Of a DNA stretch of 64,000 bases, positions 45,748 through 54,296 are shown one piece after another. The stretch is from assembly GCA_964573095.1 (NCBI GenBank), contig CAZNIK010000002.1, positions 71,230 through 135,229 on the forward strand. Direction: 5' to 3'. This stretch comes from an uncultured Candidatus Saccharibacteria bacterium (lineage in GTDB: Bacteria; Patescibacteriota; Saccharimonadia; Saccharimonadales; 2-12-FULL-41-12). Under the pieces are notes generated by a model that saw only the letters and a list, made by a program, of their open reading frames with translations, had not been told where the DNA came from and ran no database searches. Position 1 is the stretch's first letter, and each line of letters opens with the position of its first letter. The position numbers were made by a program, and so were the translations under genes.

Positions 45748-47424
45748 CTACATTTTCTCCGGTTTTGGCATACCAAGGATATCAAGAGCATGGGACAACA
45801 TGGCTTCGTAGGCAAACACCAGTCCCAAACGAGTTTCCGAACGAGGATGATCAATAACTCGATTGTTTTCATAAAAACGATTAAACACCTGGCACGTCTC
45901 AAAAATATAGTTACATATATGATGCGGCGAGTAATCCTCGAGTGCGAGCGCGAAGACCTCAGGGTAGATACTCAGTTGTCTCGCCAGACTCCGCTCTCCC
46001 GGTTCAAGAGCCTCTTCTTGGAGACGAAAATCAGACGGTCGTTTTGTGTTGGATGCGGCCTTTCGAATAATACTTCGGGCGCGCACCAAGGCATACTGAA
46101 CATAAGGTCCGCTGTTCCCTTCTTGGCTTACCGACTCTTTGGGATCATACGAAATATCACCGCCGATTCTATTTTTTAAGAACGAGTATCGAACTGCTCC
46201 CAGAATAACTTTTTGGTCATCTGTGCCGGCCGCTTTCTTGGCAGCCAAAAGCACGTCTTCGGAAGTGATGATATTGCCTTCACGACTGCTCATTTTGCGG
46301 CCATCTGAGAAGTTAATCCGCCCATGAGTGTGGTGTATGGTTTTGTGTACGAGCTCGGGCTCAAATTGCTCAACACTCTTCAGCACAACTGCCAGGTGAT
46401 CTTTTTGGGCAACATCGGTGATGATAAACGAAATATCGTAATGATAGTCTTTATTTTTTTCCTGGATTAAACCAACGTCTTTTCCGGCGTAGGTGGGTAG
46501 ACCTTCGCTACTCACAAACACTTGGGTAAAAAGGCCATGCTTTTCGCCTCGAAAAATAATTGCACCATCTGACGTTTCGTACACATCCCCGACGTGCGCT
46601 TTTACCGTTGCGAGGCCACTCTCTGCCACTTCACTTTCTGGATAGTACTTTTCAAATGGTTTCACGGCTAATTCTTTGTAGAGCTGATCAAAGCCTTCGT
46701 AGCTCCATTTTCGACACGTCCAATATATTTGGGCAAATGCAGATTGATGGTCTTTTTCCTCATGAAGCGCATAAATTCTCTTGTTAATATTCATTATCTC
46801 CTGGGCTGCCGCTTTATCGGTTTCATACGCCGTAGTGCCCTCTACGTAGCACTGGCTGATCCAGGCTGCACGTTCGACGGCGAGAATGTCATCAAGCTTT
46901 TGCGGCAATTCTCCGCCCAATTTACCCAAAATACTCCACATCGCTCTTGCAACATGCAACCCCACATCACCGCCAAAATTAACTCTATGAACTACGCCTC
47001 CCCCAACTTCTAAGATATTTGCAACCGCATCGCCCACAAGGGTGGTGTACAAATGACCGGCATGAAGTACCTTGAAAGGATTTGGGTCAGAATACTCCGC
47101 CACAATGACCTTACCCTCAAGAGGACGATGTAGCTTAGTTGCTTCTGTGGCTGCCAAAAAAATGGTCGAATCCGCGAGCGCGACATTAATAAATCCCGGA
47201 CCCGCGACAGACAGTAACAATGTTTCATCATACGACTTCAGTTTATCTTTTATCTGTTCTGCGACTGTCAGCGGAGGAATGCCAACTTTACTCGAAAGCT
47301 GCAAAGCTATGTTGGTTGCAAAGTCTCCGTGTTGTTCCTCGGTGCGCGTAAAAACTGGACTTGTCTTTTCTTGATACAACTCATTGGCTGCTCGGGCAGC
47401 CAGCTCGGCTAACTTCTCTATCAT
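45748..47424 (-). CDS. argS: Arginine--tRNA ligase
   Basis: 558 aa. HAGH (HIGH-type) motif and an ArgRS-like anticodon-binding C-terminus ending …M. Confidence 0.95.
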   Translation of the reverse strand: MIEKLAELAARAANELYQEKTSPVFTRTEEQHGDFATNIALQLSSKVGIPPLTVAEQIKDKLKSYDETLLLSVAGPGFINVALADSTIFLAATEATKLHRPLEGKVIVAEYSDPNPFKVLHAGHLYTTLVGDAVANILEVGGGVVHRVNFGGDVGLHVARAMWSILGKLGGELPQKLDDILAVERAAWISQCYVEGTTAYETDKAAAQEIMNINKRIYALHEEKDHQSAFAQIYWTCRKWSYEGFDQLYKELAVKPFEKYYPESEVAESGLATVKAHVGDVYETSDGAIIFRGEKHGLFTQVFVSSEGLPTYAGKDVGLIQEKNKDYHYDISFIITDVAQKDHLAVVLKSVEQFEPELVHKTIHHTHGRINFSDGRKMSSREGNIITSEDVLLAAKKAAGTDDQKVILGAVRYSFLKNRIGGDISYDPKESVSQEGNSGPYVQYALVRARSIIRKAASNTKRPSDFRLQEEALEPGERSLARQLSIYPEVFALALEDYSPHHICNYIFETCQVFNRFYENNRVIDHPRSETRLGLVFAYEAMLSHALDILGMPKPEKM

Positions 47425-47440
47425 CTTAATTTAAAGTATA

Positions 47441-48112
47441 TCAGCTTCGTCGCGAGGAAAGATCTAGTGCCCACCAAATTACAAGATACAGCACAAAGAG
47501 TACCCCAAAAAAAGTAAGTGTCGTGAGATAGGTATCTCCATGATTCGCTGGATTTAGAAAACTGTCAGAAACATCAAACAACAGGCCAGCTGGACGAAGT
47601 AGCAAATCCCAACTGTTCCACCTGCTAAATCTGCCGAGATAGATCGCAAAGCTACATACCAAGAATATTGCACCGACAAACATCCACACCTGCGACGGAC
47701 GAAGTCTTTTTTCGAGCTGTTTGTGAACCATAACTACACTTGTGTAGCCGAGCACCAACCCGCTCAGCACAAAACTCTGGAGCATGATTGTGTCATACAC
47801 CAGACTCGCCTCATAATTGGGCTTTAGATGGACCAGGTCGGTAATCAAATAGAAGCTGTTTGGTAGAAATGCTATCCACAAAAATGTAAGTAGCAATTGC
47901 TGCCAATGAAGCCACCCATGTCGACGTATTCGGATAACTAGCCACCATGCAATGAGGGGTGCAATCGCGGCCAGCAGAATGTTCCAGATCAAAAAAAGGT
48001 AGCGTGTGCTGTCAGTTGCAAAATACCGGCCTACAAGCAATGACACGCTGATTATACAAAGCAATGACAGGCTGATGACAAAGCGGGTTTTAGGTCGAAG
48101 TTGCTTCATCAT
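47441..48112 (-). CDS. Multi-pass membrane protein, DUF1361-like
   Basis: 223 aa. FLPNSFYLITDLVHL resembles the DUF1361 signature (from memory). Confidence 0.6.
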   Translation of the reverse strand: MMKQLRPKTRFVISLSLLCIISVSLLVGRYFATDSTRYLFLIWNILLAAIAPLIAWWLVIRIRRHGWLHWQQLLLTFLWIAFLPNSFYLITDLVHLKPNYEASLVYDTIMLQSFVLSGLVLGYTSVVMVHKQLEKRLRPSQVWMFVGAIFLVCSFAIYLGRFSRWNSWDLLLRPAGLLFDVSDSFLNPANHGDTYLTTLTFFGVLFVLYLVIWWALDLSSRRS

Positions 48113-48134
48113 AACGAATCTTATTTGTGAATGG

Positions 48135-49172
48135 TCACCCGAGCTCGGCTTTGAATTTCTCGATTAAATCAACAGGGGTGGGATTCAGTCCGTTCAACAA
48201 CGCCAGGTAGAGACTCACAAAGTCGCCAAAAGCGGTGCCCCAGAGGAGTTGTTTTAATACGGTGTCACCCGATAACGAGACCGTGTTCGGTTCGGCTCGT
48301 TTGCCACTCAACATTCTTGCGCTCAACTCAAACCGCTTCGAGATTCGTTCGTGATCAAAACTGCTACGAAGGTCGATTATTTTATACGGTTTGTCGACAG
48401 GATGAGAAGACCAACCAAGAAACTCGTTATGATTAAACTCTGGGTATTGATTACACCAAGCCACGTTCTTGGCATTCTCGTTAAAGCTTATTTTCCACTT
48501 GTAGGCTACGGGAAATGTAAGAACGCTGCCATATACGACTGGACTCGAACCCATTAACTCGAGTGCAAGCTTTTTGGCCGCATTATTAGTTGTTGGCACA
48601 TCTGGCCGCCAGGCATCCACTTCTGTGCTCAGCCACTGCGCAGCTTCATGAAGTTCTTTGATTCTTCCTTGGGGAATGCACGCAGCTGGCTCAAGAATCT
48701 GAAGCAAGGCCGCCAAATTATAAAAAACAGCCATTCTGGGCTGAAAGTTACCGGGCAGAACAAATAAGGAATAGCCTTTTTCGGTTGCGATTTCTTTAAG
48801 TCGACCACCCGCGCACACGACCACAATCTGACAACCCTTTTCCTCAGCAGCCATCAAGGCAGAAATTGTTTCCTCGGTATTGCCAGAATAGCTTGATGCA
48901 ATAAATAGGGTGTGTGCATTTATATACTCTGGCAAATCATAGTTTCGGACTATTTCAAAAGGTTTTGTGGTTCGTGCCCACGCCCTCACATACTCCGCAG
49001 CGAGCGCCGATCCGCCCATGCCACCAACAACAACATTTTGAATACTCTCAACGGAAGGTTGATACGCGACCGAGTAGTCTTGTGTGAGTTGTTGCCACTG
49101 TTTTTGCGCCACACCAAGAGCATCTTGTGCATCACGCTCGTGAATCATCTTAAGATCGTCTAGTACTGACAC
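48135..49172 (-). CDS. Bifunctional phosphoglucose/phosphomannose isomerase (SIS family)
   Basis: GGMGGSA and SYSGNTEET SIS motifs. GTG start preceded by GGGGGA. Confidence 0.75.
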   Translation of the reverse strand: MSVLDDLKMIHERDAQDALGVAQKQWQQLTQDYSVAYQPSVESIQNVVVGGMGGSALAAEYVRAWARTTKPFEIVRNYDLPEYINAHTLFIASSYSGNTEETISALMAAEEKGCQIVVVCAGGRLKEIATEKGYSLFVLPGNFQPRMAVFYNLAALLQILEPAACIPQGRIKELHEAAQWLSTEVDAWRPDVPTTNNAAKKLALELMGSSPVVYGSVLTFPVAYKWKISFNENAKNVAWCNQYPEFNHNEFLGWSSHPVDKPYKIIDLRSSFDHERISKRFELSARMLSGKRAEPNTVSLSGDTVLKQLLWGTAFGDFVSLYLALLNGLNPTPVDLIEKFKAELG

Positions 49173-49318
49173 GATGTTCCCCCGTTTTATTTATTTGCTA
49201 TATATACTATCTACAAAGCCGAACAGTGAATCAAGGGGCACACTCAATAAACACATAAACCAAAGCTCACACGGCCACAGGTGGCTTGATGGTTGTAAAT
49301 CTACTCACATCGAACCAC

Positions 49319-49630
49319 CTAACGCGTTCGTGGCACGACTCCGTAGAGCCTTGCAAGCGTTTGATTCATGCTTTTGATCTCTTGTTGGAGCACGATCATT
49401 TGTGACTCAAGGGCCAAGATCTTGCGCCATATTTGGTCCTTCTGGGCATTTGATTGTCGTATTTGGGCTTGATTTTCTAAGTGCAAAGCGTTGATCGTAG
49501 AAAGTATTCTGTCTCGGGCGCTATCTGCAGCCGTTTGAACGTCATACTTGGTCACAAGCCTTTCAATAATTTTGTTTCTGGCGTCTTGGGTAACGCTCAT
49601 TAAATCTTGTCTTGTCATTGCGGCTAGCAT
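49319..49630 (-). CDS. Hypothetical coiled-coil protein
   Basis: Track ORF, 103 aa. Strong SD AGAGGAGGG lies 7 nt upstream. Confidence 0.5.
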   Translation of the reverse strand: MLAAMTRQDLMSVTQDARNKIIERLVTKYDVQTAADSARDRILSTINALHLENQAQIRQSNAQKDQIWRKILALESQMIVLQQEIKSMNQTLARLYGVVPRTR

Positions 49631-49965
49631 TTGATTCCCTCCTCTTTTGCCTACCTTTTGGTCGTGCGTGTATACGTTAGAGAAGTTTTTGTATTCGTTG
49701 CCTAGCGGGCAAACCTCCTTTCTTTGTTACGTTTCCAAGAAAAAAGACTTGGCACAACGTATTTCCATATCTGTACGCTGATCCAAGCCTTATTTGCGCA
49801 TTCGTTGATGGTTGCAACCGAGCTTTACATCAATAATAAAGCTTGGTCTTTGCGCTCCCAAAGAATTACCCCAGTGTTCACCTTTATTAGGTAACGCTTT
49901 GTACTTCTATTTATGCACGAGATGAACGACGCAGTCAATCCTAGTAATTTTTGAGATTTATGTCG

Positions 49966-50385
49966 CTACAGCCCCTCGTCACCGGTACGAGGTAGGGCTT
50001 GATTGTCGTCCCCAAGAACTGGGGTTGAGGGTGTTGTGGGAGTCGCTTGTGTCGGTGGGGCAGCTTGTCGTGGTTGGTTCGTGCTCGTCGAGCTAGTCGC
50101 GCCACCTCCAGAGGTGTTGGCTTTTGATTGGCTGCTTTCTGTTTGAGGATTGTTGGTCTGGGCTTGTTGAGATGTCGTAGTGCCTTTATCGTTTTCGTCA
50201 TTAATTTGCCGATAAATCCACCTGCCGCCAAAAAATAACGCCAATATTATGACGAGCGTCACAACAAACGATAGGACACCAAGCAAAATGGCAACGCCTG
50301 GTTTTCTTGCTTTTGGCACATAATGCGCATCAACGTCTTTGATGTCGTAAGATTTTTTTCGCCTAAATCGATCAAATATCGCCAT
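49966..50385 (-). CDS. Single-pass membrane protein with a Ser/Thr/Pro/Gln-rich ectodomain ending ...LPRTGDEGL
   Basis: Start taken at ATG 50385 (MAIFDRFRRKK), with GGGAG 5 nt upstream. The track start at 50454 would run through the groEL terminator. Confidence 0.55.
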   Translation of the reverse strand: MAIFDRFRRKKSYDIKDVDAHYVPKARKPGVAILLGVLSFVVTLVIILALFFGGRWIYRQINDENDKGTTTSQQAQTNNPQTESSQSKANTSGGGATSSTSTNQPRQAAPPTQATPTTPSTPVLGDDNQALPRTGDEGL

Positions 50386-50443
50386 TCCAGCTCCCTTTAC
50401 ATGTGTAATGATACCCAATATTCCAGTTATATGCACAAGCGAA

Positions 50444-50475
50444 AACGCCCCCAAAAGAGGGCGTTCTTGTTTTTG
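50444..50475. terminator. Intrinsic terminator downstream of groEL (hairpin with T-runs on both strands)
   Basis: aacgccc-ccaaaaga-gggcgtt. Minus-strand RNA continues UUUUCGCUU; the plus strand continues cttgttttt. Confidence 0.5.
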
Positions 50476-50496
50476 GGCTAGATTTTTGGCTCTAAG

Positions 50497-52137
50497 CTAA
50501 AATCCCATACCACCACCCATGTCGGGTACAGCAGGCGCAGCAGGTGTCTTTTCGGGAACTTCCACCACCAGTGCACCCATTGTCATGGCGGTACCTGCAA
50601 TTGACACTGCATTTTGGATTGCTTCACGGGTAACAGCAACTGGGTCAACGATGCCCGCGGTTTTTAGATCAACAAGCTTTGTCGGATCATTCACATCAAT
50701 TCCCTGCCCGCTCTTACCTTTTCGAATCTGGGGTATCCACTCATCTGGATTAATGCCAGAGTTCTCAAGCAAAATTCGAAATGGTTTTTCGAGGGCGTTT
50801 TGAAGAATTACACCACCAGTGAGCATTGACCCTTCTCCTTTTAGCTTGAGTGAGGCCAAACCAAGCAATGTCACCCCCCCACCAGGAACAATTCCTTCGC
50901 TCAGAGCAGCTTTTACCGCTGCCACGGCGTCGTCGACGCGAAACTTTTTCTCTTCTATCTCTGTTTCGGTCGCCCCACCAACCTTGATAACTGCGACTTT
51001 GCCCGAAAGCGAAGCCCGGCGCTTTTCCAAATTTTCTCGATCATACTCGCTCGTCGAAGCCTTTGCCTGCGCATTGATCTGCTCAATTCGAGCCTTGACT
51101 TCGGTTGGACTTCCCGCGCCTTCGATAATCGTTGTTTCATCTTTCGTCACAATAACTTTACGGGCGCTACCGATAACACCAAGCTCTGCGTTATCAAAGT
51201 TGCCACCAAGATCCTCGGTGATGACCTCGGCCCCGGTAAGAATGGCAATGTCTTGCAAAATTTCTTTGCGACGATCACCAAATGCCGGAGCTTTTACCGC
51301 AACTGCGTTAAATGCACCCTTTAGCTTATTGAGAATAAGGGTGCCCAACACCTCAGCTTCAACGTCTTCGGCAATAATAACCAGGTCTTTCTTACCCGCT
51401 TGCGCGAGCTTCTCTAGTAGTGGCAAAAACTCTTGCGCCGAAGAGATTTTTTTGTCGGTAATCAATATGGCTGGCTTTTCGTAGACTGCCTCCATGCGAG
51501 TCGCGTCAGTGACCATGTAAGGACTCACAAACCCGCGGTCCATAGTAAAACCTTCAACCACCTCGCTTTCGAGATCCAAGCCTTGGCCTTCTTCGACAGT
51601 AACCACGCCGTCTTTGCCAACTTTATCAATTACATCAGCGATCAAACTGCCAATTTCGCTATCTCCAGCAGAAATTGTGGCAACTTCAGCAACTCGAGAC
51701 TTCTTGCCCTTAATGTCTTCAGCGAGTCCACTTAGTTCCGCAAGCGCATCGTGTGCGGCCTGCTCGAGTCCTTTTCGAAGCAACATAGGATTGTGGCCAG
51801 CTGCGATGAGCTTGTTCGCCTCGTTCAAAATGTGATACGTCAAGACCGTAACGGTTGTCGTGCCATCACCGGCAACATCGTTCATTTTGTTGGCGGCTTG
51901 CTTTATTAGTTCAGCTCCAACTTTATATCCGAGTGTTTCATCGTCAACATCAGCGATATCAACACCCTTTGCAACCGTCACCCCGTCATGCGTAACCGTA
52001 GGATTGCCGTAGCTCTTGCTGATAACAACGTTGCGCCCCTTCGGACCCATCGTCGTCTTTACCGCGTTATAAAGAACTTCTGCCCCACCAAGCACTCGTT
52101 TTCGTGCGTCTTCGTCGTAAAACACTTTTTTGGCCAT
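50497..52137 (-). CDS. groL: Chaperonin GroEL
   Basis: 546 aa. …GPKGRNVV…, …AGDGTTT…, C-terminal GGMGF. Confidence 0.98.
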   Translation of the reverse strand: MAKKVFYDEDARKRVLGGAEVLYNAVKTTMGPKGRNVVISKSYGNPTVTHDGVTVAKGVDIADVDDETLGYKVGAELIKQAANKMNDVAGDGTTTVTVLTYHILNEANKLIAAGHNPMLLRKGLEQAAHDALAELSGLAEDIKGKKSRVAEVATISAGDSEIGSLIADVIDKVGKDGVVTVEEGQGLDLESEVVEGFTMDRGFVSPYMVTDATRMEAVYEKPAILITDKKISSAQEFLPLLEKLAQAGKKDLVIIAEDVEAEVLGTLILNKLKGAFNAVAVKAPAFGDRRKEILQDIAILTGAEVITEDLGGNFDNAELGVIGSARKVIVTKDETTIIEGAGSPTEVKARIEQINAQAKASTSEYDRENLEKRRASLSGKVAVIKVGGATETEIEEKKFRVDDAVAAVKAALSEGIVPGGGVTLLGLASLKLKGEGSMLTGGVILQNALEKPFRILLENSGINPDEWIPQIRKGKSGQGIDVNDPTKLVDLKTAGIVDPVAVTREAIQNAVSIAGTAMTMGALVVEVPEKTPAAPAVPDMGGGMGF

Positions 52138-52176
52138 AATTTGTCTCCCTTCAATTATTTCAGTCTTGTTGCAGGG

Positions 52177-52470
52177 CTACTTTACAGTAGCGAGTACATC
52201 TTCTTCACGAACAAGTATGTAGTCTTTATCGCCTACCTTGACGTCGGTTGTGCTGTAGCTTTTGTATACTATTCGATCGCCAACCTTGAGCGTCATTGGT
52301 ACGCGCTCGTTGTCATCTCCGACTTTTCCAGGCCCGACTGCAACTACCCTTGCAATTTTTGGCTTTTCGGTTGCGCTGTCGGGTATATAAAGCCCACTGG
52401 TTGTTTTGTTACTTGCTTGCTCCGCTTCGGCGACTACATAGTCTGAGAGCGGCGATATACTTGCTGCCAT
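52177..52470 (-). CDS. groS: Co-chaperonin GroES
   Basis: 97 aa. Sits upstream of groEL. GAGGGAGG SD. Confidence 0.95.
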   Translation of the reverse strand: MAASISPLSDYVVAEAEQASNKTTSGLYIPDSATEKPKIARVVAVGPGKVGDDNERVPMTLKVGDRIVYKSYSTTDVKVGDKDYILVREEDVLATVK

Positions 52471-52534
52471 TTCTGACCTCCCTCAATTATTTTCGTGTTG
52501 CGCTGCTGCAATCTCGCAAATCTACACCAGCGAT

Positions 52535-52561
52535 CTGGCACTCACTATAGACGAGTGCCAG
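52535..52561. promoter_or_regulatory. CIRCE-like inverted repeat (HrcA operator variant)
   Basis: CTGGCACTC-N9-GAGTGCCAG compared with consensus TTAGCACTC-N9-GAGTGCTAA. Located in the groES leader/promoter. Confidence 0.75.
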
Positions 52562-52573
52562 CAGACCTGTCAA
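52544..52573 (-). promoter_or_regulatory. groESL promoter TTGACA-18-TATAGT overlapping CIRCE
   Basis: Minus strand reads ttgaca(52573-52568)-18 nt-tatagt(52549-52544). Confidence 0.6.
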
Positions 52574-52585
52574 TAGATATTGCTG

Positions 52586-53644
52586 CTACGGAGCAGTGTC
52601 AACTTCGCTGGCCACATAGTTTTCGTGACCATAAGTACGATAGGTTTCAACGACCCCTACTACACTTTCGTACACCGCATCTTGAATAGCTTCTGGCGCA
52701 CACATCCACTGCTCTAGATACCTATCTCCGAGCGCCTCAACAACATCAAAGGCTCGCCAAGGCTCTCGCGAAAAAAAGCCACGTTTTTCGAGTGAATCAA
52801 GGAACATACCCAGGTCCGCTGTAGCTGTATACATTGCTTCAACTGGATCAGTTAAATCAACATAAGCTGAGGTTTCAAAGTCAATCATACTCGTTGAGCC
52901 ATCTGGTTTTTGGACAATATTCTTGATTTTGGCATCACCGTGTCGTCCAATCGTAGTATTAAACCTCCCAAGCGCCGCGACTGCTCTGTCCGCCGCCACG
53001 ATGTTCTCTTGATTAAATCCAAGCGGCCAAGGAGCGTTATCCATCGACACTGCAGAATCCTCGTAATAGGTAAGAAGCAGTATGTCGTTTTGAACAGCAC
53101 GTGATTTTGATTCGGGAATTACCGGAGGCGCGACCACAACTGCAATTGGCTGAAAAGCAATTTCACCATTTTTATGTTGCTGTTGGCTCATTTTTACCTC
53201 TTTTATCACTCGCTCAAACCTATCCGAAAAATCTCTTTTAAACGAACCTTTTACCACCACCGGTATTTGTGTATCCTCTTCATTGTTTGAATTTTCGTAA
53301 CTCACTGTCAAAAGGCCCGGCAACACGGCATGTGCCGCATCTACCTTTCCGCTCAAAGCTTTCGGGTTCACATCAAAATCAACACCCTCAATCTCGGTAT
53401 ACCTATCAAGGCCGACTACGTCTGTCTCGAATAGGTATATGCCCACTGCCTCTTTTACGTCGTTGGCAGAATGTACCAACTCAAACCCAAATGTATTTCC
53501 GTCACCATCGACATGTTCGCCAACCAAACTCGCAATTGCAATAACCCGCGCGTAGTCTTCTCTGTGTGTGCTGGGCAGATTAGGGTTAGCGCAGTTTTCT
53601 AGAAACAATTCTTCATGTTCAGAAAGTGAGCCAGTTATTTCCAT
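52586..53644 (-). CDS. Protein-kinase-like fold phosphotransferase (APH/choline-kinase-like)
   Basis: 352 aa. Catalytic-loop-like HGDAKIKN (HGDxxxxN) followed by MIDFETS (DFG-equivalent). Candidate beta3 Lys in VVVKGSF. Confidence 0.6.
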   Translation of the reverse strand: MEITGSLSEHEELFLENCANPNLPSTHREDYARVIAIASLVGEHVDGDGNTFGFELVHSANDVKEAVGIYLFETDVVGLDRYTEIEGVDFDVNPKALSGKVDAAHAVLPGLLTVSYENSNNEEDTQIPVVVKGSFKRDFSDRFERVIKEVKMSQQQHKNGEIAFQPIAVVVAPPVIPESKSRAVQNDILLLTYYEDSAVSMDNAPWPLGFNQENIVAADRAVAALGRFNTTIGRHGDAKIKNIVQKPDGSTSMIDFETSAYVDLTDPVEAMYTATADLGMFLDSLEKRGFFSREPWRAFDVVEALGDRYLEQWMCAPEAIQDAVYESVVGVVETYRTYGHENYVASEVDTAP

Positions 53645-53646
53645 AT

Positions 53647-54252
53647 CTAGTCCTCCGCCGAGGATTCGGATATTGAATTCTCGAACTTTTTTACCGCTTC
53701 CCTATTTACCTCATCGTTTTCTAAAAGCCGACTAAGGACTTCAACTAGTTCAGATTTTTTTTGTGTCTCTTGTGTTTTGTTGAGCTTGGTAATTTTGTTA
53801 GGTGGCGCAATAAATATGTCTAAATCTGGCGTGATTCCAATTCCAGTCCACGATAAATTCTCGTCAAACCCCAGCCCTTGGTCTTTTAGATCATTAATGT
53901 AGTCTGAAACAGTCTTGATAATTTTCAACTTTTCTCCAGACCACGCCTCAGTACCACTCAACACACTTTTTGCGTTTCTTGTACCGCTTGGGAGTTGCAT
54001 GTATCCCAATTCACCTTCGATGGTCGGTTTCAACACATTCCAGCCAGCAAGATTTGCGACTCGATTTTCATTACCAGCCAATTTCCAGGCATATATCCGT
54101 TCCTGGCCGACCATGACTTCTTTCTGGTCTTCGCCAACTCTTAAACTGAACATTGGTGGCACCACTTCACTTAAAGACAAGTCCCCTAGTTCTTTTACGG
54201 TTTTGACAAAACTTGATGATTCGTTTCTAGGCGGATAGTTAATTTCTTTCAT
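53647..54252 (-). CDS. Hypothetical protein, co-oriented 2 nt upstream of the kinase-like gene
   Basis: Track ORF, 201 aa. No motif recognised. Confidence 0.5.
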   Translation of the reverse strand: MKEINYPPRNESSSFVKTVKELGDLSLSEVVPPMFSLRVGEDQKEVMVGQERIYAWKLAGNENRVANLAGWNVLKPTIEGELGYMQLPSGTRNAKSVLSGTEAWSGEKLKIIKTVSDYINDLKDQGLGFDENLSWTGIGITPDLDIFIAPPNKITKLNKTQETQKKSELVEVLSRLLENDEVNREAVKKFENSISESSAED

Positions 54253-54296
54253 GCTTTGTTTGTATTATACCATTATATCTACTTCTGCGCAAGTTA

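Noticed and set aside
49966-49995. C-terminal LPRTG as a canonical sortase sorting signal
   Set aside because: No hydrophobic segment or basic tail follows the motif, and the protein is anchored by an N-terminal TM helix. It is kept only as a low-interest note.
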